Shown here piece by piece: positions 1 through 10,220 of a DNA stretch of 64,000 nucleotides (position 1 is its first letter; every line of letters starts with the position of its first letter). The position numbers were made by a program, and so were the translations under genes. Source of the DNA: Candidatus Bathyarchaeota archaeon. Its GTDB lineage: Archaea; Thermoproteota; Bathyarchaeia; 40CM-2-53-6. Location: assembly GCA_963733055.1 (NCBI GenBank), contig CAVTBR010000002.1, positions 471,071 to 535,070 of the forward strand, in the 5' to 3' direction. The notes beneath the pieces were generated by a model. That model was not told where the DNA came from. It made no database searches and worked only from the letters and a program-made list of their open reading frames with translations.

Positions 1-2
1 AC

Positions 3-467
3 TACCAGTTAGAGCCTTTACGCGTAATTGTTACCGCGCCGCAGGATGTTTCCGTAGTTACATACATGGATCGGGCGTCCCGGATTTTCGGGACCGTAAT
101 GGGACCAGACTACTTCGACGTTGCCCGTCACTTGTCTTGGGCGACAATTACGCTTCAGCCAAACAACAGCACCCTCACAAACATCATTGATGTTCGGCCT
201 GGAAACTACACAACGTCTAGCCTCGACGGATCTTTCCAAGTATGGGTTCCTCAGGGAACATACGGAATGGGAGTGGCCTTGGAGGGATACGCCACATATT
301 CAGCTATGATTTCCGTCCCGCAGGGCTCGGACATGTACATGCAAATCTGGTTAGACAACTACCAACCCTCAAGCCAACTCATCTCGACCGCTACCTCAAA
401 CTCTACGAGTACCTTGAATGCCAAGGCGCACCTACGGCAAATCCCAAAAACTCTGAATAGGCTGTAG
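3..467 (+). CDS. C-terminal part of a secreted/surface protein (carboxypeptidase-regulatory-like beta-sandwich), truncated at the window start
   Basis: Frame is open from base 3. Segment DGSFQVWVPQGTYGMGVALEGYATYS resembles CarboxypepD_reg-type domains. Confidence 0.55.
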   Translation, partial: YQLEPLRVIVTAPQDVSVVTYMDRASRIFGTVMGPDYFDVARHLSWATITLQPNNSTLTNIIDVRPGNYTTSSLDGSFQVWVPQGTYGMGVALEGYATYSAMISVPQGSDMYMQIWLDNYQPSSQLISTATSNSTSTLNAKAHLRQIPKTLNRL

Positions 468-501
468 ACCTTATCAATCCAATTTCTTGACAGGAATCTG
501 A

Positions 502-2154
502 ATGCCGCGTCAACTTCGCCTGTTTATTTCGGTCTTTGTCTCGGGCGCTGTAGTGATGGCGCTCGAACTCTTGGGAAGCAGGTTGCTGGCTCCGGTGTTT
601 GGAAGCTCGATTTTCGTTTGGGGCAGTTTGATTGGTGTGGTCCTGTCAGCGCTCAGCGCGGGTTACTATCTAGGTGGGAAGCTTGCCGACATAAAACCGA
701 ACTTCAACGTGCTTTCGATCGTGATCTTCATTGCGGGTTTAGTGGTTCTATCACTTCCGGCCATCGCGCCTCCTCTCTTCGACCTTGCGATCAGGTTGAA
801 TCTTGGTGACCGTTATGCGCCTCTACTCGCCACAACCTTACTGCTGGGGCCGCCAGGCGTACTTCTGGGTATGGTGTCGCCGTATGCTATTCGGCTGGTA
901 GCCGAGAGTTTTGAGACGTTAGGCAAAGCGTCAGGCAACCTTTACGCACTTTCAACTGTGGGGAGCATAGCAGGGGTGTTTCTGACTGTTTTCATTCTAA
1001 TTCCTCTTTTTGGAGTTAACAAGATCATCTTTGTGTTGGGAGTTGTGTTGCTGGTCGTTGCTTTTCTAGGGTTGAGTTATCGGTTCAAGTTCTTAGTCAT
1101 CCTCATCCTAATCGTCCTCCCGTTCGCTGCACCCTACATGGTTAACCGTCAGCTGACAATTGCCACCTACACGCTGGCTTTAGGTGATACAATCTACGAA
1201 ACCGACACGCCCTACCATCATCTCATTGTAGCAGACGCGTATGACCCAGCAACCCAATCCACGACACGCTATCTCATAATGGATGACAACCTTCACAGCG
1301 CTATGGATCTTCAAGACCCTAACCGAACCGTCTTCCCCTACACCGACTACTTCCACATCGGACTCCTGCTTAACCCGAACATAACTCGCGTCCTCTTCAT
1401 CGGAGGAGGCGGCTTTACCGGCCCCAAAGCCTTCCTGAGAGACTATCCAAACGTCACAGTCGACGTCGCGGAGATGGACCCGCAGGTTGTGCAAGTCGCC
1501 GAACAATACTTCGCCGTGAACGCTAGCAATCCGAAACTTCATGTCTACATCGACGACGGTCGAGTTTTTCTTCAAAACAGTCAGCAGAGATACGACCTCA
1601 TCGTGCTAGACGCCTACTCCAGAAGCTACGTCCCATTCCAATTAATGACGCTAGAATTTTTCAAACTAATCGACTCCCACCTATCCACCAAAGGCATAGT
1701 GATCTCAAACCTAATCTCAGGAACAACATCCAGCAACGACCAATTACTCACCGCCGAAACCACAACGATGAGTCAAATCTTTCCAAACGTTTACACGTTC
1801 GCAGTAGACGGAGCATCAAATACGAACGCACAAAACGTGATAATCATCGCCACGCTGGCAACCAATCACTTGGGAGCCACGAATTTTGAAGAACTCGCCT
1901 CGACAAGCACAATTGTGAAGGTTCCGGGGATGAACGATTACCTAACCAACTACTTCACACCCGTCGGAAACAACCCACCAATCCTCACGGACAACTACGC
2001 ACCAGTGGATACAATGCTCAGCCCAATCAGCGGACTACCAATCACCAACGATCAACCTCCGCTCCTAAGCGAACAGGAGGCGTTGCAAATCTTAGGGGGG
2101 GTCGTAATAGTCGCCGCGGTGGCGGTCATTTTGATGAAAAAGAAGTATCTCTGA
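502..2154 (+). CDS. Membrane-domain/spermidine synthase fusion protein
   Basis: N-terminal multi-TM region, then VLFIGGGG, VAEMDPQVV, DDGRVF, LIVLDAY and LTDNYAPV aminopropyltransferase motifs; C-terminal TM helix. Confidence 0.85.
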   Translation: MPRQLRLFISVFVSGAVVMALELLGSRLLAPVFGSSIFVWGSLIGVVLSALSAGYYLGGKLADIKPNFNVLSIVIFIAGLVVLSLPAIAPPLFDLAIRLNLGDRYAPLLATTLLLGPPGVLLGMVSPYAIRLVAESFETLGKASGNLYALSTVGSIAGVFLTVFILIPLFGVNKIIFVLGVVLLVVAFLGLSYRFKFLVILILIVLPFAAPYMVNRQLTIATYTLALGDTIYETDTPYHHLIVADAYDPATQSTTRYLIMDDNLHSAMDLQDPNRTVFPYTDYFHIGLLLNPNITRVLFIGGGGFTGPKAFLRDYPNVTVDVAEMDPQVVQVAEQYFAVNASNPKLHVYIDDGRVFLQNSQQRYDLIVLDAYSRSYVPFQLMTLEFFKLIDSHLSTKGIVISNLISGTTSSNDQLLTAETTTMSQIFPNVYTFAVDGASNTNAQNVIIIATLATNHLGATNFEELASTSTIVKVPGMNDYLTNYFTPVGNNPPILTDNYAPVDTMLSPISGLPITNDQPPLLSEQEALQILGGVVIVAAVAVILMKKKYL

Positions 2155-2157
2155 GGG

Positions 2158-3612
2158 TTACATCTGCGAGGCGGCCCGAAGCTCATGCATGCTCTTTCGA
2201 AGTTTTGCCTGTAGTCTTGCGTTACGTGTGCGGGATCTCTTGCATGAAACAAATTCTTGTGCGATAAGCCTCTTTGTTTCTTGCGGATTAGGGCTGCCGC
2301 TAGTTCGATACAGGCGAAGGTGACGGCCGAGATCCAAAGCGTCACCGATCGACTTCATCGTGCTTGGCCGGATTGACCTTCCTAGAACCCGTTCCCAATC
2401 TGATCGCTTCATGTCTTTGAAAGTCATGCCTTGACTGAGGGCTGATCGTGCAACTGAGCCGACCAGGTGGTGAGCGGTTCTGAAGGGCAAGTCTTCCTTT
2501 CTTACTAGGAGGTTGGCAATTTCAGTTGCCGCAGTGAACTCTAGGTAACGCCTGCTCGACAATCGACGGTCAACGGTTATCCTAGGCATGATTGCGGTGA
2601 GAATTCGGAGGCAGGCTTTGAGTTCGTCAATCGACTCCCAGAGAATGGGCGTTACTTCCTGGTAGTCAAGATTGTATCCTGAGGGTAAACCGTGCATTAT
2701 TGAAAGTCCAGAATTGAAATTGGCTCCGATTTTCCCGCACTTTGCACGGATTAGCTCGAGCGGGTCGGCGTTTTTCTTTTGGGGCATGATGCTGCTCGTC
2801 GAGGCGAACTCGTCGGGAATCGAAACGAGCGCGGCTTCTGCTGAGCTGTAGAAGATTAGATCTGTCGCGATTCGGGAGAGGTCGGAAGCTAAGAGGGCAC
2901 AGTTTCCAAGAATCTCTAAGGCGAAGTCACGGCCGCCAACCGCGTCTAAAGAAGCGTCCACAAGCTCATCAAAGCCAAGTAGGCGCGCGATCAACCGCCG
3001 ATTCAGCGGTATACTTGTTCCAGCCAACGCCGCGGCACCCATTGGCGAACGATTGACTCTCCCGTATGCTTCGGTTAGCCGATCTACATCTCGTGACAAA
3101 GAAGCACAGTTCGCAAGCAGGTAATGGGCGAAACTTATTGGTTGTGCGGGCTGAAGATGGGTATAGCCCGGGAACACGGTAGTAATATGCTTCTTCGCTA
3201 AGCTTAGGATTGAGAATTCGAGAGTAAGTATTTGGCCACTGAGTTCGATTATCTCGCTCCTGAGAGTCATTCTAATAGCTGTAACGACTTGGTCGTTCCG
3301 ACTCTTGCCGAGGTGAAGTAGACCCCCCACCTCTCTACCCGTACGTTTCGTGACAGTATCCTCAATTACCACGTGAATATCTTCCGCGTTTCGTTCAGGA
3401 AAATTGTAACTTTCAAGGCTTCTCAGTGCCTTCAGAATTCTGCGGGCCTTAGGTTTCTCAATCGTCCCAGATCTAGCGAGCGCAATCACGTGCGCCTCGT
3501 TGACCAGGACTGTCGATAACGCTATTCGCTTGTCGGATTCAAGTGATGAAATAAAATCCACTACATCTTTTCGTGTTCGCCTTAACCGGCCGCCCTTCAG
3601 AACAGACGACAT
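2158..3612 (-). CDS. argH: Argininosuccinate lyase
   Basis: SRNDQ, GYTHLQPAQP and SSIMPQKKN signature motifs. Confidence 0.95.
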   Translation of the reverse strand: MSSVLKGGRLRRTRKDVVDFISSLESDKRIALSTVLVNEAHVIALARSGTIEKPKARRILKALRSLESYNFPERNAEDIHVVIEDTVTKRTGREVGGLLHLGKSRNDQVVTAIRMTLRSEIIELSGQILTLEFSILSLAKKHITTVFPGYTHLQPAQPISFAHYLLANCASLSRDVDRLTEAYGRVNRSPMGAAALAGTSIPLNRRLIARLLGFDELVDASLDAVGGRDFALEILGNCALLASDLSRIATDLIFYSSAEAALVSIPDEFASTSSIMPQKKNADPLELIRAKCGKIGANFNSGLSIMHGLPSGYNLDYQEVTPILWESIDELKACLRILTAIMPRITVDRRLSSRRYLEFTAATEIANLLVRKEDLPFRTAHHLVGSVARSALSQGMTFKDMKRSDWERVLGRSIRPSTMKSIGDALDLGRHLRLYRTSGSPNPQETKRLIAQEFVSCKRSRTRNARLQAKLRKSMHELRAASQM

Positions 3613-3618
3613 CTAGGG

Positions 3619-4746
3619 TCACTGCGTTGCAGCCGGTAGGAGTGGTGAACTGTGGGCTTTTTCAACGAACCTTGGGAGAGCGCGGGCGTAGACTTCGATG
3701 CATCCTAGGTACTCCGAGATTCTCACATGTTCAATCTCAGTATGATCAAACCTCGAATCCCCTGGACCATAAGCAAACATGGGAATATTCTGTCGTTGGA
3801 CAAAGAGGTTCATGTCACTTGTGCCAGTCTTCTTGACCATGGCAACCTGGCCGCCTTTCATCTTCCTAATGGCCCACCGGAAAGCCGAGACGGCGGTGGA
3901 ATTGGGAGAACCAAGGAAACCTTCGGTCGGATCTTCGAAGCCTACCTGGATCTTCACATCTTTTCGAGTTGAATTGTACCCGCTTGTAAATTCATTAATT
4001 TTGGCAACCAGATCGTTCAGCGACATCGCAGGCGGGACTCTGAGATCAACATCCAAGGTCGCGCGTGTCGGCACACTATTTCCTCCCTCACCAGCTTCCG
4101 CGCGGGTGACGCAACCGGTTACCGTATCGAACTTGGATTGAGACTTGGTCTTCAGAATTCTTTTTTCAAACGCTCTCCAGAATAGGCTTGATTCCTCGTA
4201 GCTGTTGGCTGAGAGCCAGGGTGAAGCCGAATGGCCTCCGCTGGTAGTGAAGGTCACGTGCAGTTTGAGGCTTCCCTTGTATCCGATGATCATGTTCGAG
4301 ACGCCGCTCGGTTCTCCGAATACCGCCATCGCGTACTGAGTTTGATCATCGATTATCGCACGAATGCCCTTGCTGCTAGTCTCCTCCTCCACGACGGCTG
4401 CTAGGATAACTTGGAAAGGATATGAACTTCTTTCCTTAGCGAGAGCAGCGCCGACGATCATCGCTGCCAGGGACGATTTGGCGTCTACGGCGCCCCGCCC
4501 GTAGAGCAGATCGACGTCCTGTCGAATCTGTATTCGGCCCGGAACCGTATCCATATGTCCGCAGAGTAGAATCCGCGGACCTTCGTTGCCAAGAACGCCA
4601 ACTACATTCCCAACCTGGTCAATCTTCGAGTCGAAGCCCCTTGATTGCATTTCTTTATGAAGGAACTCAGCTAGCTCGGCTTCGGATCCGCTCGGGCTGT
4701 AGAGTTCCAGCATTTTCTCCAGTAATTTAACCGGATAACTTTGCAA
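3619..4746 (-). CDS. lysK: [LysW]-lysine/[LysW]-ornithine hydrolase (M20 family)
   Basis: GHMDTVPG, GRGAVDAK, VEEE, GTSDMN and GPGDSRFDH motifs. Start moved to TTG 4746, which follows an AGGAGGAG SD. Confidence 0.9.
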   Translation of the reverse strand: MQSYPVKLLEKMLELYSPSGSEAELAEFLHKEMQSRGFDSKIDQVGNVVGVLGNEGPRILLCGHMDTVPGRIQIRQDVDLLYGRGAVDAKSSLAAMIVGAALAKERSSYPFQVILAAVVEEETSSKGIRAIIDDQTQYAMAVFGEPSGVSNMIIGYKGSLKLHVTFTTSGGHSASPWLSANSYEESSLFWRAFEKRILKTKSQSKFDTVTGCVTRAEAGEGGNSVPTRATLDVDLRVPPAMSLNDLVAKINEFTSGYNSTRKDVKIQVGFEDPTEGFLGSPNSTAVSAFRWAIRKMKGGQVAMVKKTGTSDMNLFVQRQNIPMFAYGPGDSRFDHTEIEHVRISEYLGCIEVYARALPRFVEKAHSSPLLPAATQ

Positions 4747-5926
4747 GCTCCTCCTTCTCCAAAATCTTTGGCAGGGTGTTGAGAACACGATCTACGTGCT
4801 CTGGTTGGATGCAGAGTGGTGGTAGAAATCTGAGAATGTTTCGTCCAGCATCAAGCATCAAAACTCCTTGCTGTAAAGCGTCTAGGATAATTTGATGGAC
4901 CTCAAAGCGGGTCTCGACAGCCAGCATAAGGCCGAGGCCCCGAACCTCTCTGATTATCCGATGCACACTCATCAATCGCAGAAAGCCAGCCTTGAAGTAT
5001 TCCCCAACTTTGGCCGCATTATCCACCAGTTTTTCATCAAACAGGACGTCGATGGTGGCGGATCCGGCTGCGCAGACGACAGGGTTTCCTCCGAACGTGC
5101 TCGAATGTTCGCCAACGGAGAGTGAACCCATTGTCTCTGAGTTAGCTGCGGTTATGCCAATTGGTAATCCGCTTGCGACGCCTTTTCCCAGGCAAAGGAT
5201 GTCTGGCTGCATTTCTAAATGTTCAGAAGCGAACAATTTTCCAGTTCTGCCGAAGCCAGTCTGAATCTCGTCTGCCACGAGCAGCCCACCTGCATCATGA
5301 ACCAAATCCTGCAAGAGTCCCATCCAGCTCTTGGAAGGGACACGGATTCCTCCCTCACCCTGGACTGGTTCAACGAGAACTGCTGCAGTGTCGTTCGTAA
5401 TGGTTTCTTTGGCGGCCTCGAGGTTGCCGAAGGGGATATGAACGAACCCTGGGACAAGGGGTTCGAAATTCTTCCTGTACTTAGGATCCCACGTTGCCGA
5501 GAGCGCCCCATGAGTTTTGCCGTGAAATCCACCCTTGACAGCGACAATCTTTCTTTTTCCGGTGAATTTCCGTGCGACTTTGATAGCGCACTCGACTGCC
5601 TCGGTGCCGCTGTTGCTGAGGAAGATTCTATCGAGGCCCTTAGGTAGAATATTGGTCAGTTTCGAGGTGAATAGTGCTCGAGCGTCATTGTATACTGATC
5701 CGTGGCATGCGATGAGCTTCTCGGCTTGATCCGCTATTGCCTCTACAACTCGTGGGTGTGCGTGGCCTACGATGCACGCGCCATAGGCTCCGGTGCAGTC
5801 AACATATTCCTTGCCACGATCATCGTATAGCAGCGTTCCTTTTCCGCGAACTATCGTAACTGGTTTGCGTGCATAGTACTTGGCGTAATGCGTGTCTTCA
5901 ATTGTACGCGCATCCGGTTCAGTCAT
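4727..5926 (-). CDS. lysJ: [LysW]-aminoadipate/glutamate semialdehyde transaminase (class III PLP)
   Basis: NSGTEAVE, FHGKT, EPVQGEGG, DEIQTGFGRTG and LGKG motifs; lies in the LysW cluster. Confidence 0.92.
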   Translation of the reverse strand: MTEPDARTIEDTHYAKYYARKPVTIVRGKGTLLYDDRGKEYVDCTGAYGACIVGHAHPRVVEAIADQAEKLIACHGSVYNDARALFTSKLTNILPKGLDRIFLSNSGTEAVECAIKVARKFTGKRKIVAVKGGFHGKTHGALSATWDPKYRKNFEPLVPGFVHIPFGNLEAAKETITNDTAAVLVEPVQGEGGIRVPSKSWMGLLQDLVHDAGGLLVADEIQTGFGRTGKLFASEHLEMQPDILCLGKGVASGLPIGITAANSETMGSLSVGEHSSTFGGNPVVCAAGSATIDVLFDEKLVDNAAKVGEYFKAGFLRLMSVHRIIREVRGLGLMLAVETRFEVHQIILDALQQGVLMLDAGRNILRFLPPLCIQPEHVDRVLNTLPKILEKEELAKLSG

Positions 5927-6738
5927 GCGGTGATCAAAGTCCCGGTTTCTCCGTTGATTGCGTCGGTGTATGGGGCTGTGCCCTTACCTGGTGCTACCAC
6001 AACTTTGCCGACGCCTTTCGAAAGGGCCTCGAGCGCAGCGTAAACTTTTGTGATCATTCCCGGTCCGAGCTTTGATAGGTCTCTCTTCGCCTCGTCGGCG
6101 TTCAGATGACGTGCGATACCGGAATCTAGAGAAACTCCTCCCACATCAGTTATGAGCAATAAAACGTCAGCTTGCAGAGTTGCAGCAACATGCGCTGCGG
6201 TTCTGTCACCGTCTATGTTCAAAGGCTCATTTTCAGCGCCGAGTCCTATTGGTGCGATAACTGGGACGTAACCACTGCTAATCAATGCTCTCAAAAGAGT
6301 TCCGTCAGTATGCGTAATCATACCGGTGTATCCTCCGTCTATGACTCTCCTCCGGCCTCGCTCATCCTTAATGATCAGTTTTCTTTTTCTTTCGGCTCGT
6401 ATTAGGCTCCCATCTAATCCCGAGAGGCCGACCGCCGGTATTTTTCTGCTGAGGAGTTGCAAGACGATTTGTTTGTTGACTTTGCCCGCCATAACCATAG
6501 TATAGATTGGAATCGTCTCAGCGTCGGTGTAGCGGCTTCTGAAACCCTCAGGAGAAGTAACGAATTGCTGATGAACTCCGAGTTTTTCAGCAACACTTGT
6601 AACCGTATTCCCCCCTCCGTGGACCAAAACAGTCGCCGTCTGGTGCGTCAGAGTTGCGAAATCAGTTAGCGCAGATTCTGAGAAAGCGTCGCTCATTACT
6701 TTGTCCCCGACTTTTACAACGATAACCATGGAAATCAC
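5923..6738 (-). CDS. lysZ: [LysW]-aminoadipate/glutamate kinase
   Basis: VVKVG, VHGGG, SPEGFRSRYTD, NIDGDR and GMITK motifs. Confidence 0.92.
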   Translation of the reverse strand: MISMVIVVKVGDKVMSDAFSESALTDFATLTHQTATVLVHGGGNTVTSVAEKLGVHQQFVTSPEGFRSRYTDAETIPIYTMVMAGKVNKQIVLQLLSRKIPAVGLSGLDGSLIRAERKRKLIIKDERGRRRVIDGGYTGMITHTDGTLLRALISSGYVPVIAPIGLGAENEPLNIDGDRTAAHVAATLQADVLLLITDVGGVSLDSGIARHLNADEAKRDLSKLGPGMITKVYAALEALSKGVGKVVVAPGKGTAPYTDAINGETGTLITA

Positions 6739-7790
6739 TACGGGTGTAAGCCTATCTGATTCAAGCCGGTTTTCTCATCGAGGCTTGACATAAGGTTGAA
6801 GCACTGAACCGCCGCTCCGGCAGCCCCCTTCGTCAGGTTGTCTAGGGCGGAGAAGAGAATCAGTCGCTTTGAGTGAGCATCTATCTCGAAGCCTATGTCA
6901 CAATAGTTTGTGCCAACCGTAACCTTGGGGTTAGGTAATCCGTAAAGACCTTTCTTGTCTGAAACGATCCTGATGAAGGGTTCTGATTCGTATTTTGCGC
7001 GAATTGCCTTGAAGACATCTCGAGGTTCCAATCTACTGGTCATGAAGGTGTGGGAGGTGGAGAGGATGCCGCGGATCATGTTTACCGCGTGAGGGGTGAA
7101 TGAAACATGAAGATTCTTACCGGCGAGTGGATCAAGTTCCTGTTCCACCTCTGCAATATGCCGGTGCCCTGTAACCTTGTACGGACGGACCCCTCCCGCC
7201 CGTTCGGAGTGGTGGCTTGCAATTGTTGGACTAGCCCCGGCACCCGACGAGCCGATTTTCGCATCGATCACAATTCGGTTTAGGTCAATCCATCCGCTTC
7301 CCACAATTGGAGCGAGACTTAGGATTGCCGCGGTAGCCATGCAACCTGGAACAGAAACAAGTTGCGCCGTCTTTATTTTGTCTCGGTGTAGTTCGGGTAG
7401 CCCGTATACTGATTTCATCAAGAGATCCGGTCGAGGGTGATTAAATCCGTAGTATTCCTCGTATGCTTTGGCGTCTTTCAGTCGGAAGTCTGCAGTGAGA
7501 TCTATCACTTTCACGTTGCGCTCTAGGAGTTGTGGAACGACTTCGATGGATTTTCCATGTGGCAGCGCGGTGAAGACGAGGTCGCTTCTTGCAATAACGC
7601 TCTCCAAACCCTCCTCCTGGAATTTGAGCGCGGTTACGCCTCTAAGGTTGGGATGAATTCGAAATAGTGGTTCTCCGGCGTATCGCCGCGACGTGACGGC
7701 TTGGACCTCGCAGCTTGGATGGGAAAGGAGTAGCCGTAGGAGCTCGCCACCTACATATCCTGAGCCTCCCGTCACGGAGACGTTTATCAT
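6738..7790 (-). CDS. lysY: [LysW]-aminoadipate/glutamate phosphate reductase (ArgC family)
   Basis: GGSGYVGGEL, ALPHG, PGCMATA and DNLTKGAAG motifs. Confidence 0.93.
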   Translation of the reverse strand: MINVSVTGGSGYVGGELLRLLLSHPSCEVQAVTSRRYAGEPLFRIHPNLRGVTALKFQEEGLESVIARSDLVFTALPHGKSIEVVPQLLERNVKVIDLTADFRLKDAKAYEEYYGFNHPRPDLLMKSVYGLPELHRDKIKTAQLVSVPGCMATAAILSLAPIVGSGWIDLNRIVIDAKIGSSGAGASPTIASHHSERAGGVRPYKVTGHRHIAEVEQELDPLAGKNLHVSFTPHAVNMIRGILSTSHTFMTSRLEPRDVFKAIRAKYESEPFIRIVSDKKGLYGLPNPKVTVGTNYCDIGFEIDAHSKRLILFSALDNLTKGAAGAAVQCFNLMSSLDEKTGLNQIGLHP

Positions 7791-8641
7791 TTCTTAGCCT
7801 GCTGAATCGTGTACTCGAGTAACAGCTTCGGAATGTCAATCCCGGTCACGCGAACGGTGTTCTTGAATTCGGTAGTGTGGTTTACTTCGTGAACAACGAA
7901 GCCGCTCTCAGTTTCCATTAGGTCTACGCCGAAAGCGCCGCCCCCGACGGCTTGAGCTGCTCTTATGCTGAGTTCTGCTAGTTCAGGAGTTACCGGAAGA
8001 TTCTCAGCCACGCCTCCACGCGCCGTGTTAGTTCGCCAATCGTCTGGTGGGGCGTTTCGGTAAATGGCGGCGACTGCTTGATCGCCGATCACGTAACACC
8101 GGATGTCTCGTTCGGGGCGCCTTATTTTCTCTTGCAGATAGTAGACTTGTTGGATGGGATGCATGTACTCTCTCGGTTCAAGGATTGCGGTTGCTGAATC
8201 AGGGTCTTTGATTTGCGCAACGAGCCTTCCCCAACTTCCAACAATCGGCTTTACGACTGCTGGGTAGCCTAATTGCTCTAATGCTTTGAGTGATGCTTCT
8301 TGGGTGAAGGTGAGGAATGTTCGTGGGGTCGGAATCTTCGCGTGACTGAGAGATATCGATGCGATAAGTTTGTTTCCACAGGTTGACGCTGCCTTGTAGG
8401 AGTTGACGACGGGTCTTCCTCTCGCTTCCAGTGCTGCGGTTACGTGTATACTCCTGAAGAAGGACATGCAGCGTTGGAGGAAAGCGTCCGCTAATTCGAT
8501 CCCGTCTTGTTCATTTGTGATGTCCCATGCGAGTTGATTCGTGTCAAAGAGCTGCAGGTTTATGCTATCGCGTTTTGCGGCGTCTATGATGAGCCGCTCG
8601 TCGGGCCTTAACTGATCGTACAACAGGCCAACTTTGACCGT
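7787..8641 (-). CDS. lysX: LysX/ArgX ATP-grasp amino acid-LysW ligase
   Basis: KPIVGSWGRL, YLQE, RDIR, WRTNTARGG and HEVNHTTEF motifs. The family-like N-terminus (x)VKVGLLYD begins at an ACG codon at 8641. Confidence 0.9.
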   Translation of the reverse strand, partial: TVKVGLLYDQLRPDERLIIDAAKRDSINLQLFDTNQLAWDITNEQDGIELADAFLQRCMSFFRSIHVTAALEARGRPVVNSYKAASTCGNKLIASISLSHAKIPTPRTFLTFTQEASLKALEQLGYPAVVKPIVGSWGRLVAQIKDPDSATAILEPREYMHPIQQVYYLQEKIRRPERDIRCYVIGDQAVAAIYRNAPPDDWRTNTARGGVAENLPVTPELAELSIRAAQAVGGGAFGVDLMETESGFVVHEVNHTTEFKNTVRVTGIDIPKLLLEYTIQQAKK

Positions 8642-8644
8642 TAC

Positions 8645-8818
8645 CTATTCACCCCAATCCTCTTTCTCAATCACTACTGGTTTGATCGAGCGGCCTTGGG
8701 GAGTTACTACCACCTCGAAGTCTAGCCCGCAATCTTGGCAGCTCACAATTTCCCCATTAACGGCATCATCCGGGACTGTGATCTGAGCCTCGCAATCAAC
8801 ACATTTTTCAATAGACAT
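8645..8818 (-). CDS. lysW: LysW amino-group carrier protein (57 aa, missing from the ORF track)
   Basis: Translated by hand: MSIEKCVDCEAQITVPDDAVNGEIVSCQDCGLDFEVVVTPQGRSIKPVVIEKEDWGE. Has two CxxC pairs, the EDWGE C-terminus and a GGAGGTGA SD. Confidence 0.97.
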   Translation of the reverse strand: MSIEKCVDCEAQITVPDDAVNGEIVSCQDCGLDFEVVVTPQGRSIKPVVIEKEDWGE

Positions 8819-8892
8819 CCGCTCACCTCCATCAAATCGAACTAACGAGTAGTCTAGCGAACACGACCCCTGGGTGCCAGCGTTGGGGCGTT

Positions 8893-10167
8893 CTACTTTG
8901 CCTTACGCGCTTGCGTGGTCGCCTTCGCAGCGACTTTGTACTGCACCGGATTGTTAGAATGATCCCGCTTTCGCGCGTTCGCCACAACGGTTGGCATTGC
9001 CCAGATCTCAATGAATCCACTAGACCAAGTCTGGTCAAACGTCGTGGATGCACCGTATGTTGCCAACGCCGTATCATAGAGTGACATGGGCGAACTTCTT
9101 CCGACGACACTGACGGTGCCTTTGTAAACTTTTAGTTTGATTTCTCCCGAGACATGTTCCTGAGTTTTCTCGACGAAGGCGTCAAGATCTTCTTTGAGTG
9201 GGTCGTTCCAAAGTCCAGTATATGCAAGGTTGGTCCATTCTGTGTCAATTTTCTGTTTGAACCATACTTCATGCCTTGTTAAGACGAGTTTCTCCAGGTC
9301 CCTGTGGGCTTCGATTAGTATAGTCGCTGCTGGGCATTCGTAGATTTCCCGGGATTTGATTCCGACTAGACGGTCTTCGATGTGATCGATTCGGCCAACG
9401 CCGTGCTTTCCGCCGATGTAGTTCAGCTTCTTGATTAGATCGGCAGGGTTGAGGCACCTTCCATTAACGGCTACGGGAACCCCCTTCTCAAATTCAATAG
9501 TAAAGTATTCGGGTGTTGCCGGAGCGTTTTCGGGAGAATTGGTCCATTCGTATGCTTCTTGGGGTGGTTCGACGGCGGGGTTCTCGAGTATGCCACATTC
9601 GATTGAGCGACCCCAGATGTTTTGGTCTACGCTGTATGGGTTTTCGAGGTCAACCGGGACGGGTATCCCATGTTCTTCGGCGTATCGGATTTCTTGTTCC
9701 CGCGGAAGTTTCCATTCCCGGACGGGAGCTATGATCTTCAGTTTGGGGTCGAGGGCTTTGATCGTAACTTCGAATCTAACCTGGTCGTTGCCTTTTCCTG
9801 TACATCCGTGGGCGACTGCTTGGGCGTGTTCCTTGTGGGCGATCTCAACGAGTTTCTTGGCGATCAGTGGCCTTGCGAGGGCTGTGCTGATTGGATATTT
9901 GGATTCGTAGAGAGCGTTGGCTTTGATTGCCGGGAAGACATAGTCGTGAAGGAATTCTTCTTTCAAGTCTAGCGTGTAGTGTTTGATCGCTCCGATCAGT
10001 TTGGCTTTCTTCCCAACCTCGGTAAGATCATCTGCTTGTCCGACGTCTGCGGTAACGGTTATGACGTCGTATCCGTATCTTTCTTTGATCCAGCGGACCA
10101 TGACGGAGGTGTCGAGGCCGCCGGAGTAGGCTAAGACGACTTTTTCAGGCATGTAGAATCGGCTCAT
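8893..10167 (-). CDS. argG: Argininosuccinate synthase
   Basis: AYSGGLDTS, HGCTGKGNDQVRF and GIKSREIYE motifs. Confidence 0.97.
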   Translation of the reverse strand: MSRFYMPEKVVLAYSGGLDTSVMVRWIKERYGYDVITVTADVGQADDLTEVGKKAKLIGAIKHYTLDLKEEFLHDYVFPAIKANALYESKYPISTALARPLIAKKLVEIAHKEHAQAVAHGCTGKGNDQVRFEVTIKALDPKLKIIAPVREWKLPREQEIRYAEEHGIPVPVDLENPYSVDQNIWGRSIECGILENPAVEPPQEAYEWTNSPENAPATPEYFTIEFEKGVPVAVNGRCLNPADLIKKLNYIGGKHGVGRIDHIEDRLVGIKSREIYECPAATILIEAHRDLEKLVLTRHEVWFKQKIDTEWTNLAYTGLWNDPLKEDLDAFVEKTQEHVSGEIKLKVYKGTVSVVGRSSPMSLYDTALATYGASTTFDQTWSSGFIEIWAMPTVVANARKRDHSNNPVQYKVAAKATTQARKAK

Positions 10168-10220
10168 TTTGTTAAGGAAACCTTATGAATTCGGCCCATA
10201 CATTATGTTATCACTAATAA

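Noticed and set aside
8620-8818. TAG read-through (pyrrolysine) giving a LysW-LysX fusion
   Set aside because: LysW needs its free C-terminal Glu (EDWGE) to work, and no pyl genes are in the window.
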